DNA of 64,000 nucleotides from the human T2T-CHM13v2.0 reference genome, Homo sapiens, in the NCBI RefSeq assembly GCF_009914755.1, contig NC_060930.1; one strand, written 5' to 3'. The position numbers were made by a program, and so were the translations under genes. The notes beneath the pieces are model-generated. The model saw only the letters and a program-made list of their open reading frames with translations. It was not told where the DNA came from and did no database searches. Shown piece by piece: positions 30,347-43,314 of the stretch (within the stretch, counting starts at the first letter, position 1; every line of letters starts with the position of its first letter).

Positions 30347-32110
30347 GGGGTCTGTGGGCCACACTGGGAGAGGAGAACTTGAGACGAAGATGTATAAACT
30401 TCAAAGTTTGAAACTTTCAGGATAGATTCAGTGATTTGGGGTGCAATGGAAAGAATATTTAAAATTCAAACTGGTTTACGCAATTGTAAGACAAACGGGG
30501 GCTCTTCCTTCATTTCAAAAGCATCCCTTTATTTACTTCTGCTCATCAAATCTAGCTTTCTATTCTCTCTGTATCTTTTCCTCAGCTGCCTTGCAGGAGG
30601 GTTTCTGATCATACTATGACATGAATGGTGTACATTAAATGTATCATCACTGCTCACACATTTTCATTTCCAGAGTGAAATGAAAGAATTACTAAGAAAT
30701 ATTAGAATTACTCTTATGGTGGGACATGCATCAGCAGCAGGTGAATTAGAAAAGCAAAGAAGCCTTTTCTAAATCACTAAAAACTTGAGGCAGCCAAGCA
30801 TATGGTGAGTACATAAACTTCATTTTCGAGTGTTTCAGAACTGATCAAAATCTGGTGTTAGCTTTAGTAATTTCGTGACTTTAGGCAAATTATATGATGT
30901 CTCTGCACCTCTATTTTACATCATAAAAATAAAGATAGCAGTAGGGAAAAAAAGTAAGTTTATTTTGAGAATTAATTGAGGTAACATGATAGTGCCAGGG
31001 TGTACAAAATGCTCAATAAATGTGGCTTGTTACCGTGTTTTTTTATTGTATCAGCTGGGTAACTGGCTATACTATGTATAAAGTGACCAATGGGGAATTG
31101 TGACTTGCCACTAGTGTGGTGGTGAAGTATGAACAGGAAGAAGGTGACCCAACTGAGAGAGAGCTAAGATAACATCTGCTGCCTCACATTTGAATTTGCT
31201 GCCGGGGTAGGTTTCCTTTTCTGCTGCAAAGGCCCCTCTACCCTTCTGCATGGATTTGCATCCCATTTGGAGGTCAGCCTGCACCATAGTTGCTGCCTTC
31301 TAGTTGGCCCTAATCAAACACCAGCACAAGGAACTGAAAAATTCAATGTAATAATGTTTTTTGCTGATTTGATGAGTTTTCTCATTATTTCAAGTATTCA
31401 TTGGGTGCTAAATCTGTGCATGTTTTATATTAGGCACTTATGGCAGTAAAAAAGAAACAAGGCCATCTCTCTAGGGTAGATAATGCCTACCATTCCTTCT
31501 CCTCCTCTTCTTTCCCTTCTTCCCCCTTCTCTCCTCCTTCTTTTTCTCTTTCTCCTCCTTATTCCAGCCTGCTTGTTTTAGATAAAAGTTCTTCAAAAAA
31601 GACAAAAGATACAGCTTCTCCAGAAGTAGGGGTGCATAAATAGGTCCATTTTACAGCTTTCCAAAGCCTTGGGCACTCTTTTGAAGGCCCATGCACATTA
31701 GACTAATCATAAAAATGCATTCACATCCAACAATTAGCATTACTCATAAATAATTATTTGAATTGAAAAAAATTGCAGTTGACTAACATGATATTTCATT
31801 CTGTAAAAGTATGTAGTTTAACTTCATTTTGATAATTGTTGGCTTACTTTGGCATTTTGAATCCAATTAGTTTCTTTTTCCAATCCTCAAGCATGTTTTG
31901 GGATCTGAAAAGCTTATAAACCCTGAACACTGTGCCCTAGGGCTTTAAGGACAGAACAGTTCTGGCTAAAGTTGGGTTTAAATCCTAGCTCTGTCTGTTA
32001 TTTAACCCTGTGAGTTTGAATAAATTACTTAAGCTCTCTCAGCCTCAATCACCCAATCCATCACATGAACCCATTCAGACACACTTAGCAAGTGCCAAGC
32101 CCATTGCTTT

Positions 32111-32850
32111 TGAAACCACCTTTGCAAAAATTATAACTGAGGAAATTATGACAATGGAAGAGATCAGACCTAACCAACTCCATCTTGCTTCTAACCTTTA
32201 AGCTGTCCTTGTTCATTCCTGGGCATAGGCTGGACTAACCTTGGGAAGGAATTTAGTTTATGGTTTGACTCTGAAACAAAATTGATAATAGCCCTTTCCC
32301 AAAAAAGACCTCCTTCTTGCGTTGGGACCAGTCTGCCTTTCTAGGACTAACAAATTAGCTACCAGACTAGAAATTATGGTTTAAGGGTCATGCAGCCTCT
32401 GGCTTCAAGAATCTGAACCTCCCCAGATTGCTGCTGGGGATAACATCACTATTGTAAAACCTAAGATCAGTGCTTGAGATATTTTGCAGACCCTCACTGG
32501 ATGGATCAGCTGACACCACCCAGACCAGTAATCTGGCTCAAACAGTTCTGTGTTCCCACCCAGGAACAGAGAACAGCAAGAAAACCTCACTTCAACCCCT
32601 TATGATTCCATCTCCAACCTGACCAATCAGCACTCTCCATTTCCCAAGCCCCTGCCCCCTACCCACCAAATTATCTTTAAAAACTCCGATCCCCAGCATG
32701 CTGGGGGAGACTGATTTGAGTAATAATAAAACTCCAGTCTCCTGCACAGCTGGCTGTATGTGAATTACTCCTTCCCCATTACAATTCCCCTGTCTTGATA
32801 AATCGGCTCTGTCTAGGCAGTGGGCAAGGTGAACCCATGGGGCAGTTACA
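32111..32850 (+). mobile_element. LTR8-family (LTR8A-like, ERV1) solo LTR
   Basis: TGAAACCACCTTTGCAAAAATTATAACTGAG...GGGCAAGGTGAACCC..GTTACA; TG...CA termini; internal AATAAA. Confidence 0.82.
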
Positions 32851-34989
32851 GTTTCCATAGAGAAACAGCTCAACAAATATTTCTTTTTACTTTCTTATTC
32901 AGAGTCTACAATGTAGAGTTCCCAACCAAGTTACTCAGAGCTAAATAGATTGAGGTTGAAGTTCCAAGGCTTAATCACTAAAGATCTCAAGAGGACTGTG
33001 TGGAAGAAAAATTCTACAGGAATGACAGATTTTCTGAGAAATTCCTACTCTCACACTTCAAGCCTCAGGCTTTGCATTCTGTGACAATAACAGCCCAACA
33101 TTATTGGAGAGCAATACATCCTCAAACATTAATGGAGAGCAGCCATCCTTGGGATCCCAGCCTCAGGCATTTTACTTTCTTGTGTCTTTGTAGGGGGTTC
33201 TATGAGGAAGCAGGAAGTGATAAGAGAAGCTTACAGGTGGACTCAGGCAGCAAGGACTGAAACCAAATGCAGGCATCTAGGAACACCAGTGGTGGTGCAG
33301 GGCGTGCAAAGAGGCAGAGAGCACTTGGCTGCACCAACTGAACCAGCTTTTCTTGGTTGTTCAAACACAAATGACAAAATGCAGTTTACTTTTTTCTCAG
33401 ATGTTACAACTGTCATCCACAGAGCCATGGATCAAATGCAATATGGATCAATCACTTTATTTTTTTAATTATGTTGAGCATTTATTTTGGGTAGACCACC
33501 ATAGTAGGGGCTATGGATGAATGATGTGATTCCTGTCCTCAGAGAGACTACAGAGGGGAAAGCGGGAGTAGGGATGGACAATAAGTGCAAAGAAAGGATT
33601 GTGGTCTCACAGCAGGTATATGTAGGCTAAATTAGTGAGACAGATTACAAATGTCAAGGATGTTCAGAAGAAAGGCACTTCACTGTTGGATGGAATGGTC
33701 AGAAAGAGCTTCATCCAGAAAAGGGAATTTGAGCTGTGCCTGGGAAACATTTCGGAGTAGCTGAAGAGAGAAGTTAGAAAAGGAATTGAAGGCTTAGGAA
33801 AAAACAGAGAAAGAGAGAGTACACAGGGACATGACACATGATTTTTCTGTTTCTTTAACTACAAAGACATATTTAAAATCCAGGTTCACAAGTTCAGAGT
33901 CTGTCACAAAAAGACCAAGTCAGAAAGTAGAGTATTAAGCACCCATAAGAGATGCCTAGAAACTTCAAGGGTGGTGGTTTATCTTCACATGTCCCCACGT
34001 CCTCAGACACCAACTCTCACCAGGTGAGGGCAGAGCTGACAAGGCTGGTTCTCAAAGCATGAAGCTCATTCTTGGTGATTAAGGGAAATCAATATATGTC
34101 TGTGGTTAAAAGTAAGCAGACTTAAAAGGCTCAGATCAAAGGTGACCTATACTTCACATGCCTCATGCCGGAACACCAACATAGGTTACTCTCATGAGTT
34201 CCTGAAAGGAGTAACAATGCACAGTGGTTTGCATGCACCCAGATGTGTGCCAAATATGGATAATGGTGGTGGTGATGATTATTATTATTATGATATGAAG
34301 ATTCAGTCATAAACATTTACTGAAGACACCCGTGACATTGATCCTGTGTCAATTATTGGGAAGACAAAGGTAGAAAGGCTGACTCATTCACTTTTGCCTG
34401 CCCAGTGCCTTCCTGGAGCAGTAGGTCTTGGCTGACGCTTCCTGGGTAATTATGGAATCACAATCTTGGAAGAGTTTAAATGGTCTTCCAGTCCATTTCT
34501 TTAACAAAAGATACCAGATAAAAGAAAGTAATACTATGCATATGCAAAAATATTATCAAGCCTACTTTTAAGCACTTTAAATATAGAAATACTACAATCC
34601 AGTGTGATTCATTACCTCTCCCCTCAAAAAAACAAAAAGTCCTTCTTAATATCCAACTGAAATATTTCTGTCTTAAATTTGGATCATGTAGCTTTATACA
34701 AAAAAATTTTACAACTATTAGTTTGGGGGAGATGCAATGGGATATCAAAGAAGCCATAATAAACTTACTTTTTAATCAAGAAAAAAATGAACACACATAA
34801 TTAATTCAGGAATAAAGCAGCATTGGTCATAATGGCATTACGTAAGGATGTAACACTATGTTCAAATTGTATTCAGTGAATTTCATATTGCAAAGTGGCA
34901 CTGCCATTTTGGGAAAATCTGTGACAATGTGAATTAAGTAATAACTACAGAGACACCTTTGTAGGGAACAATTCTGAAGCAAGAAATTT

Positions 34990-37150
34990 AAGTAGGGATG
35001 AGGGGATGGGAGCCCATGAACAAATGGAGAAGTCATCTTTAACTAGGAGTAAAGTCAGGTCATCCAGAGTTAAAGGAGAGTAAATGGGCCCAGAAATGTG
35101 GTTAGATGTATAGCACTTCTAGATGTTCTCTTCTGGGTTGCTTTTATTTTCTGCATAAAATAAGAGGCAAGGCCAACTACTGAGTGTAAAGATGGTGGAA
35201 GTTTGAGGAGTATATTAATATTGGAGATTTGAGGAGTATATTAATCAAGTACATCTGGAAATGAGAGGCAATAAATTGATAACTGGCATGAAGAGATAAG
35301 AGAAAATATAAAATTGTTAGGAGAGTGAGAGAGCAAATGGATGTTTGGGTAACATTACGGACCCAGTTGAAGTTAGTGGTCACACATTTAAAGTGAGACC
35401 AGTCAGTGTGGTTGCATGTTTTTCTCCAGTTACATTCAGCAGTGCAGCTTTAAGCACTGAATAAGTGAAGACTGGAATTTAACTGGAGTTGGGATTTTGC
35501 CAGTTGACTATGGACCAAGTGAAAGCCGTAAAGGACTGAAAGCATGTGCAAAAAGAGTGCTTCAAAGAGGTAAAGGGCTGAAAATGTGCAAAAAGAGTGT
35601 TTGTAATGATTGGCCATGGGATGTATGCTGGGTTAGAAGGGAGATAAGAACTTGACAAAGGACAGTAAATTGATTATAGGGTTTAATAGAGATGTGTTTA
35701 AAAGATTGTAGGAGTTGAGGTACTTGACTCTGATATCTAGTCACCAATAACTGTTTATGTTTCCATTCTACTTGCACCTCATTAGTTTAATCTTCTCTAA
35801 TCAATGTGTCTGACTCCAAACCAGGCTGGAGAATGATGAATTTTATGATGTGCAGAATAACCAGTGTGGGGTGTGGGGTAAGGTGGGAATAAGGAAAGAT
35901 CAGTTAAGGTTTAATGAGGAAGCAGTCAAGAGGAAGTATCTACAATACAATAAAACACTTAACTAGAAGCTGATATTCCCCCTTTAATACTACCCTCCAT
36001 ATAATAGGTAGTTGCTGAACATGTCTGAGGAATGAAATTGGATGGATGAATCCAGTTGAGAAGATATGATTTTCCTGAGGGAGAGAGTAATGAGTATGGT
36101 AGTGGCAGTGAAAATGACTAGAAGAGATGGATTTGAGAAATATTAAGGATAAAATCAACAGGACTTGATGGAGTGGTTGGGAAGAAGCAAACAGGAGTGC
36201 AAAGAGGCAAGGATGGCTCCTAGATTCTGACTTGGCTAATGGGGGTGGATGGCAATGTCTTTCAATAAGATAAGGAGTGGAAGAAAGAAGAATAATAGGT
36301 TTGGGGCCAATAAGAGTAGTGGATTACCTTTGAGCATGTTCTAAGATATCTGTGGGACACCCAAATGGAGATGTCCAGTGGAAAAATGGAGAAATGAGCC
36401 TGAAACTCAGCAGAGGTCTGAGGATCTTAAGGTAGCAATGTCCGTTAGGCAAAAGCAGGTGGGATCCAAAGCATGGCATGGACCTGTTAGCAAGTATCAC
36501 AAACCATGAGTTCCTTTGGTGTCTCCTTAAGGGAAATTACAGAGTGAAAGGATCTGACAGCCAAAGATTGAAACTTGCACAACTCTTGTGTCTAAGGATC
36601 AGAAAAGAAGAGAAGAGCCCACAAAACAAAGAGCAACCAAAGATGTACACAAATAAAAATTGGAGAGAAAAGTGAACAGAATAGAGAACTTCAAGAAGGA
36701 AGTGGTCATCTGAATGAAATGTCAAGAAATGTCAAATAAGTTGTGATCTGAAAGGCATCTGTTAGCTATGGTGAACCAAGGCATTGAGCTCTACAAGAAG
36801 AAGGTAGAAGCCTTCTTTGGAGTGGTAGAGACCAACATCAGATTAGAATATACTGAGGAGTTAACAGAAAAGTAGGAAGTGGGAGACACAAGAAAAGGCT
36901 CTTTTTTGAGTAGCTTGGCTAAGAAAAGGAAGGAGATAGAGTAATGGCCATGGGAACCTATGAGTTATTCATAGTTATTTTTAATTTTGTTGTTTTGAAA
37001 ACTGAAAATTATTGAGCATGTTGATAGGGAGGAAATGATCAAAGTTTGAAGATATAGGAGAAAGTCCAGGACAGTGAGAGTCTTTGGGCAAAGGCATACG
37101 GGGATCAAAAGCACAGAAAGGTGTCCACTTCTTACCCTGTTGGAAGGCAC
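34990..37150 (-). mobile_element. Degraded L2 internal sequence
   Basis: Purine-rich antisense-L2 motifs (GGATTTGAGAAATATT..AGGATAAAATCAACAGGACTTG, GGACACCCAAATGGAGATGTCCAG). Boundaries are approximate. Confidence 0.6.
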
Positions 37151-37261
37151 AAAGGATGGTTTAGAGGGAGGTATGTTTATGTCTGCCTCACTTATTGAAA
37201 AATACATCTGTACTTATGCCCTCCACTTTCTCATCAACTATTTCTATGCATTCTGGCTTCT

Positions 37262-37564
37262 TCTTTTTTTTTTTTTTTTTTTTTTGAGATGGAGTCTCAC
37301 TCTGTCGCCCAGCTGGAGTGCAGTGGCATGATCTCCACTCGCTGCAATCTCCGCCTCCCGGGTTCAAGAGATTCTCCTGCCTCAGCATTCCGAGTAACTG
37401 GAACTACAGGCACATGCCACGACGCCCAGCTAATTTTTGTATTTTTAGTAGAGAAGGGGTTTCACCATGTTGGCCAGGATGGTCAATCTCCTGACCTCAA
37501 GTGATCCACCCACCTTGGCCTCCCAAAGTGCTGGGATTACAGGCGTGAGCCACCATGCCTGGCC
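37262..37564 (-). mobile_element. Alu (Sx-type)
   Basis: 15-bp TSD TGCATTCTGGCTTCT at 37247-37261 and 37565-37579. Confidence 0.95.
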
Positions 37565-38607
37565 TGCATTCTGGCTTCTAACTCTACTGTTTTGCTGAAA
37601 CTGAACTTCCCAAAGTGTCAAATAACCTCCCAATTTCAAATTCAGTGGCATCTTCCCAGCTCTTCTAAACCTTTGTGCAGCATTTACCCAATTGAACCCT
37701 CTCTCTTTCCTAAAACTCTGTCTTACCTTAGTTTCTGTGATACTGTGACACTCTTTCTCACCTCCCTATTAATTTATTCGGTCTCTACATTGGTTTCACT
37801 TCTTTGTCTTGAACCCTAAATGTAGGTGAGCTCCCGAGATCTGTGGCTTCAGCTCTTATCTTTACAAATATAGCACTCAAATTTACTTTCAGTCTCTCTT
37901 ATGTGGCTTCTGCTGTCCAGGACTTTGTGGTTCAGACCTCTGACTCAAGACATTTGTTAAAAATGGAGTAGATCAATCAGAATCACTGGGCATTGTGAAC
38001 AGCACCAAATCAGTAGGAGAATGGGAGTTATCAGTGATGACTGAACAAAGTTTCTGATATATGACTATGATCAAGTGACTGTGGCATGAATATGAAAGGT
38101 AGTAAAACCCAGTGTCACCTGGGGTGGGTTCAGAACAAAGGTGAATGCCAATCCACTAGGAGATAAGAAAATGGCAAATGGTGGACTCAGCACTAAGGAA
38201 GGATAAAACTGGAAGCAGATTACTCATAAGGGACGCGTGCACAATACTGTATGTTCTGTGAAGAGAGGTTCGTCAATACAAGATCAAGACAAGGTGACAG
38301 AAAAAGACAGGCAGAAAATCAATTTTTGTGATAAAGGCATCATCTAAGATGGACTTGCAACTGGGATTGGCCACTTGTACCTGCAAGCCCCAAGCAGTCA
38401 CACCTAAACAAAAGGACAGATCTCTTTGGTGTAATGCATGTTTAGATCACTATATTGTAACACGCAAATTAAAAGTACATTGAGATACCTTTACACATCC
38501 ACTAGATTGACCAAAATTTAAAAACTGACAATACCAAGTTTTGGCAAGGATATGAGAGGAACTAGAACCCTCATACATTTCTGGCAGAAATGCAAAGTGA
38601 TACAGTC

Positions 38608-39035
38608 TGTTAAAGTTTATGGGAGGCTGTTGTTTTAGACTAGGCTCCTGCAGTAGGCCCCAACAGACCAGTCCAAACCAGAATGGAGTCACATGTGCTA
38701 AGTTCCACGTAATTAAGCTGAACTTTGAAATGGGCCAGTTTTCCTTAAAAAAAAAAAAAAAAAAAAGGAGATTCCAATCAACCTGAGTCAACAAAATAAG
38801 AAAGTCCCCTCTGTTTTAACCCTAGCAGGAAAATAACTTTGAAATGACCAATCCACTTTTCGTTCTCTGTTTCTATTCTCTTCAGCCCTTTTCTACCTAT
38901 AAAGCTAATCCCCTCGCTCAGCTCATCATAGTACTCACTCTATTTCATAGAATGAGATGTTCCTCAATCTAGAATCACAAATAAAAGCCAACAAAAATTT
39001 TTAAATTACATGTGTTGTAATTTTGTCTTTTGATA
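38608..39035 (+). mobile_element. MER31-like ERV1 solo LTR inside an old L1M
   Basis: TGTTAAAGTTTATGGGAGG..AGGCCCCAACAGACCAG..AGAATGGAGTCAC; 4-bp TSD AGTC at 38604-38607 and 39036-39039; L1M sequence on both sides. Confidence 0.7.
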
Positions 39036-39191
39036 AGTCACTTTGGAAAATAATTTGGCAATTAAATGTACCCTTACCATAAGCCCCAGTGATCCTACCC
39101 ATAAGTATTTATCCAAGAGAAATTAAACATAAGTTAACACAAGACCTATATGTAAAATGTTAGCCATAACAGCCAAAAATTGTAAACGATC

Positions 39192-41609
39192 TACTGTGGT
39201 TTGAGTATGTTCCCCAAATTTAATGTGTTGGAAGCTTAATTCCCAAATTCGTATGTTGATTGGAGGCATCAAATCCTCCAAGTCTTTAAGAGGTAGCCTT
39301 AGAGAGGTAACTAGCATTAGATAAGATCATCAGGATGGGGCCCCCATGATGGTACTGGTGGCTTTATAAGAAGAGGACGAGAGACCTGAGTTGACAAGCC
39401 TGTTCTTGGCCTCTCGTCAAGTGTCCTCCTCCAGGTTATGATGCAGCAAGAAGGCCCTCACCAGATGCAGCCCCTCAACCCAGGACTTCCTAGCCTCCAA
39501 AAATTCAAGAAATACATTTCTTTTCTTTACAAATTACCTGGTCTGTGATATTCTGCTGTAGCAACAGAAAACAGACTAAGACAAGAAACTGTATACCAAG
39601 AGTCAAGTCGTTGCTATAACAATACCTGGAAAATGTAGACTTGGCTTTAGAACTAGATATTGGGCAAAGGCTGGAAGAATTTGGAGGAGCAGGCTAGAAA
39701 AAGCCTCAGTGGCCAAGAACAGAGCATTAAGGGCAATTCTGTAGGGACTCAGAGGACAAGAAGATGAGGGGAAGTCTGGAAGTTCTTAGAGATTATTTAG
39801 GTGATCATGACTAGTATTCTGATAGAAATATAAACAGTAAAGGCTCTTCTGATGATGTCTGAGATGAAAATGAGCAACAAGATATTGGAAACCAAAGTAA
39901 AGGCCATTCTTATTATAAACTGGAAAAGAATTTGGTTGGATTGTGTCCATGCCCAAGGGATTTTTGGAATACAGAACCTAACAGCAATGAATTAGAATAC
40001 CTAGTGGAAGAAACATCTAACCATCAAAGCATTCAAGCTGCTGCATGACTACTTTTACAGCTCACATTAAGCTACAAGAGGGGAAAATGATTTAAAGATG
40101 GAATTTATCCTCAAAAGGGAAGCAAGGCAGAAAGTTTGGAAAACTCTTACCCTGACCCTGTAAAGAGTTAAAAAAAAAAAAAAAAAAAGTAGTTCAGGAG
40201 ACAAAATCAAGGATATGACCCAGATATCATTTTCTAAGGAGATTAGCACAGATAGAAGGAATCACCAAGACAATGGAAGAAAGGCCCTGAAGATATTTCA
40301 GAGATCTTCAAGGCTTCCCCTTCCATCAAAAGCCCAGGGGCCTAGGAAGGCAGAATGGTTTCAAGGGACAGGCCCAGGGCACCCTACATGGGCTTACTGC
40401 CCAGAGCCCCCTTTGGTCTTTGCTCCAAGCATTACAGTGCAGGAATCCACAGCCTCCCTAGCCATGTCTCAAGCAGGCCCAAGTACAGCTCCTGCCATAG
40501 CTCTGAAGGGCACAAGTGATAAGCCTTAGTGGCATGAACATGGTGCTAATTCTGCACATGCCCAGAATGCAAGAGCTATGGAGGTATGGCAGCCTCTACC
40601 TGGATTTCAAAGAGTTTACACACAGCCTGGGGTCTCAGGCAGAAACTTGCCACAGGGATGAGGCTGCCACAAAGAGGCCCCTCTAGGATAATGCCTAGTG
40701 AAGCCATGGGTGTGGGACTGCCACTGAGACCCCAGAAATATAGGACCACCAGTGTGCAGTAACAGTCAGGGAGAGTTGCAGGTATGAGACTCTAGCATGA
40801 AAGGGCTGAAGTGTGAGCTGAGCCCAAGAAAGCTAAGGGAAGAGGACTTCTTGAGGTTTTTGGGGTTCATTCCCAACCCCAGTATGTCCAGGAGGCAACA
40901 CATAGAGTAAAAGATTATTCTACAGTCTTGAGATTTAGTGTCTGCTCTTTTGGGGTTTCAGACTTGCTTGGGGCCCATTACCCGTTTTTTCCTGTCTGTC
41001 TCTCCCTTTTGGAATGGAAATATTTACTCATGCCTCTTCCACCATTATATTTCGGAAGTAGATAATGTGTTTGATTTCACAGGCTCACATCTGGAAGGGG
41101 TTTGCCTTGAATTTGAGATGACTTTGGACTTTGGGTTTGGACTTTTGACTTGGTGCTGGAACAGGTTATGAAATTTGGAACTATAGGGATAAAGTGAATG
41201 TACTTTGCATGTGAGAAGGACATAAGTTTTGGGGACTAGGTGTGAAATGCACATTGTACCCTATAAATACGTATAATTATGTGTTAATTTTTTTAAACTG
41301 AAATATTATACTGCCACAAAAATATGCTTCCAATATGGTTTTCATAACATGAGAAATGTTTAAATTAAGTGTCTGTAAAAGTTGTTTTATAAAATGAAGA
41401 AGAAGAAGAGAAACTTGAGCTGGTACACACTCTCGTCCTCTCCCCATGGGATGCCCCCACCACGTTATGATGCGACAAGGCCCTCACTAGATACAACCTC
41501 TCAACCTTAGACTTCCCAGCCTCTAGAACTGAAAGAAATAAATTTATTTTCTTTATAAATTACCCAGTCTGTGATGTTCTGTGATGGCAACAGAAAACAG
41601 ACTAAGACA
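39192..41609 (+). mobile_element. MST-type MaLR provirus (5' LTR 39192-39583, internal region, partial 3' LTR ~41400-41609)
   Basis: Both LTRs end AAATTACC..GTCTGTGAT..TTCTG..GCAACAGAAAACAGACTAAGACA; MaLR-int follows the 5' LTR; L1M resumes after 41609. Confidence 0.8.
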
Positions 41610-42760
41610 ACCCAAATGCCCATTAACTAGTGTATGAATAAATCAATTTTAGTATATCCATACAATGGGGTATATTCAACAATGAAAAAGAACAAACCAC
41701 TGGCACACAATGACATGAATGAATCTTAAAAGCATTATACTAAAGTGAAAGAGCTAATTACTAGAGAATACAATCTCAGACAACCTGCTGCCCAAATTTT
41801 AGCAAAAGCTCTGTTGTAAAAAAAAAAAAATTGTATTTATATTTGAACCATACATTCAGTCTGCCATTTCACTTATCAGTGATGAGCATACAATTTTGCC
41901 CAAGCACAAGTTCCAAAAAAGAAAAAGAAAAATATTTGTAGGCTACCATTTATTTTATAAATTTTATGTTTTCTTTCTATCGAAAGTTTAATATCTGCAA
42001 CTGGCCTTAAGCATTCATTTAACATTTCTTTAACTGAGGATTTCAGATTATTTGCCAAAATTTCTTAAATGACACACAGAGTACATAGTACAGTATCTGG
42101 TTTCAACATTTTGCCGTTGAATAGATGTTGTTGTTGGGTAAATTATTCACATGTCTTCACTGTCCCACATAACTTAGACTTTATCTCTGTGTCACATCCA
42201 GTTGCTTCCCACAAGCCCCTGCCTCCCTCGCCTCGGTCCACCTTCTCTCTCAGCAAGCTCTGTGGTTAACCAAACTGTCTACAGCCCTCCTGATCAACTG
42301 ATGGCTCACCATAGTGATGCTCACCACAATAATCTTATAACCCTGTTCTCAGTTCCAGACAGAAAAAAGGAAAAAAAGGTGCATATGCTTTCTTCACTGC
42401 AGCCAAGTAGAAATCCTCATCTTGAATAATAATATGGGTGAATTAAGCACAATCAGAGAGAAAACCACTCCAAAGCCATTCTCTTTGGTGACTCTTCTCC
42501 TTCCTTCTAAGACTCTTTGTCTACCCTCAGCATCAGCCTCAAGATGAGGGCTAAAGAAAAATTAAACAGGACAAACTTTTCTCCACTTCTGGAAAAAGCA
42601 AAATATCCCACAGTCATTCATAACTCGATCTGGAATACTCCTGAATTGTTACTGTAGTTGCAATTTTTCTAAATCTCTTCAAACACTGCTAGATCAACAA
42701 GTCTAAATAAGTTCTAAACAAAATAAGAAAGAACAGTTGAAAAAGGGAAAGAAGGAAGAC

Positions 42761-42810
42761 GGGAGGGAGGGAGGGAGGGAGGGATGGAGGAAGGGAGGGA
42801 GGGAGGGAAG
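42761..42810 (+). repeat. (GGGA)n purine-rich tract
   Basis: Direct read: six GGGA units, then four more. Confidence 0.9.
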
Positions 42811-43027
42811 TCCTACAAGGAAATTGTTGTTCCACATACATGACATTTCTAAGCGTTCATTTTGGATTACTCCTTAAACGCCTTGAAATGGGCTTTGAGC
42901 ATTTTACAACTAAGAGAACTAAGGTAAGACAGGTGTCCATACATGTGCTAAGTACTCAGATGTGACTTAAAGAATCGATTCTCTTAATCACGCATGTTTA
43001 TGTAAGCAGCACATATTAGAAAATGGG

Positions 43028-43314
43028 TCCCAGTGCTTTGGGAGGCTGAGACAGGAGAATTGCTTGAGGCCAGGGGTTCAAGACCAACCTAAACAACAAA
43101 GCAAGATCCCCCCACCGTATCTAAAAAATATTTGTTTAAAAAATTAGCCAGGTGTGGTGACACACTTCTGTAACCCCAACTACTTGGGAGGCTTAAGTGG
43201 CAGAATCACTTGAGCTCAGGAGTTCAAAGTTACAGTGAGCTATGTTGCACCACTGCACTCCATCCTGGGTGACCAAATGAGCCCCTATCTCAAAAAAAAG
43301 AAAGAAAAAGAAAA
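43028..43314 (+). mobile_element. AluJ-type, 5'-truncated
   Basis: TCCCAGTGCTTTGGGAGGCTGAG...CACTTGAGCTCAGGAGTTCAAAGTTACAGTGAGCTATG followed by an A tail. Confidence 0.9.
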
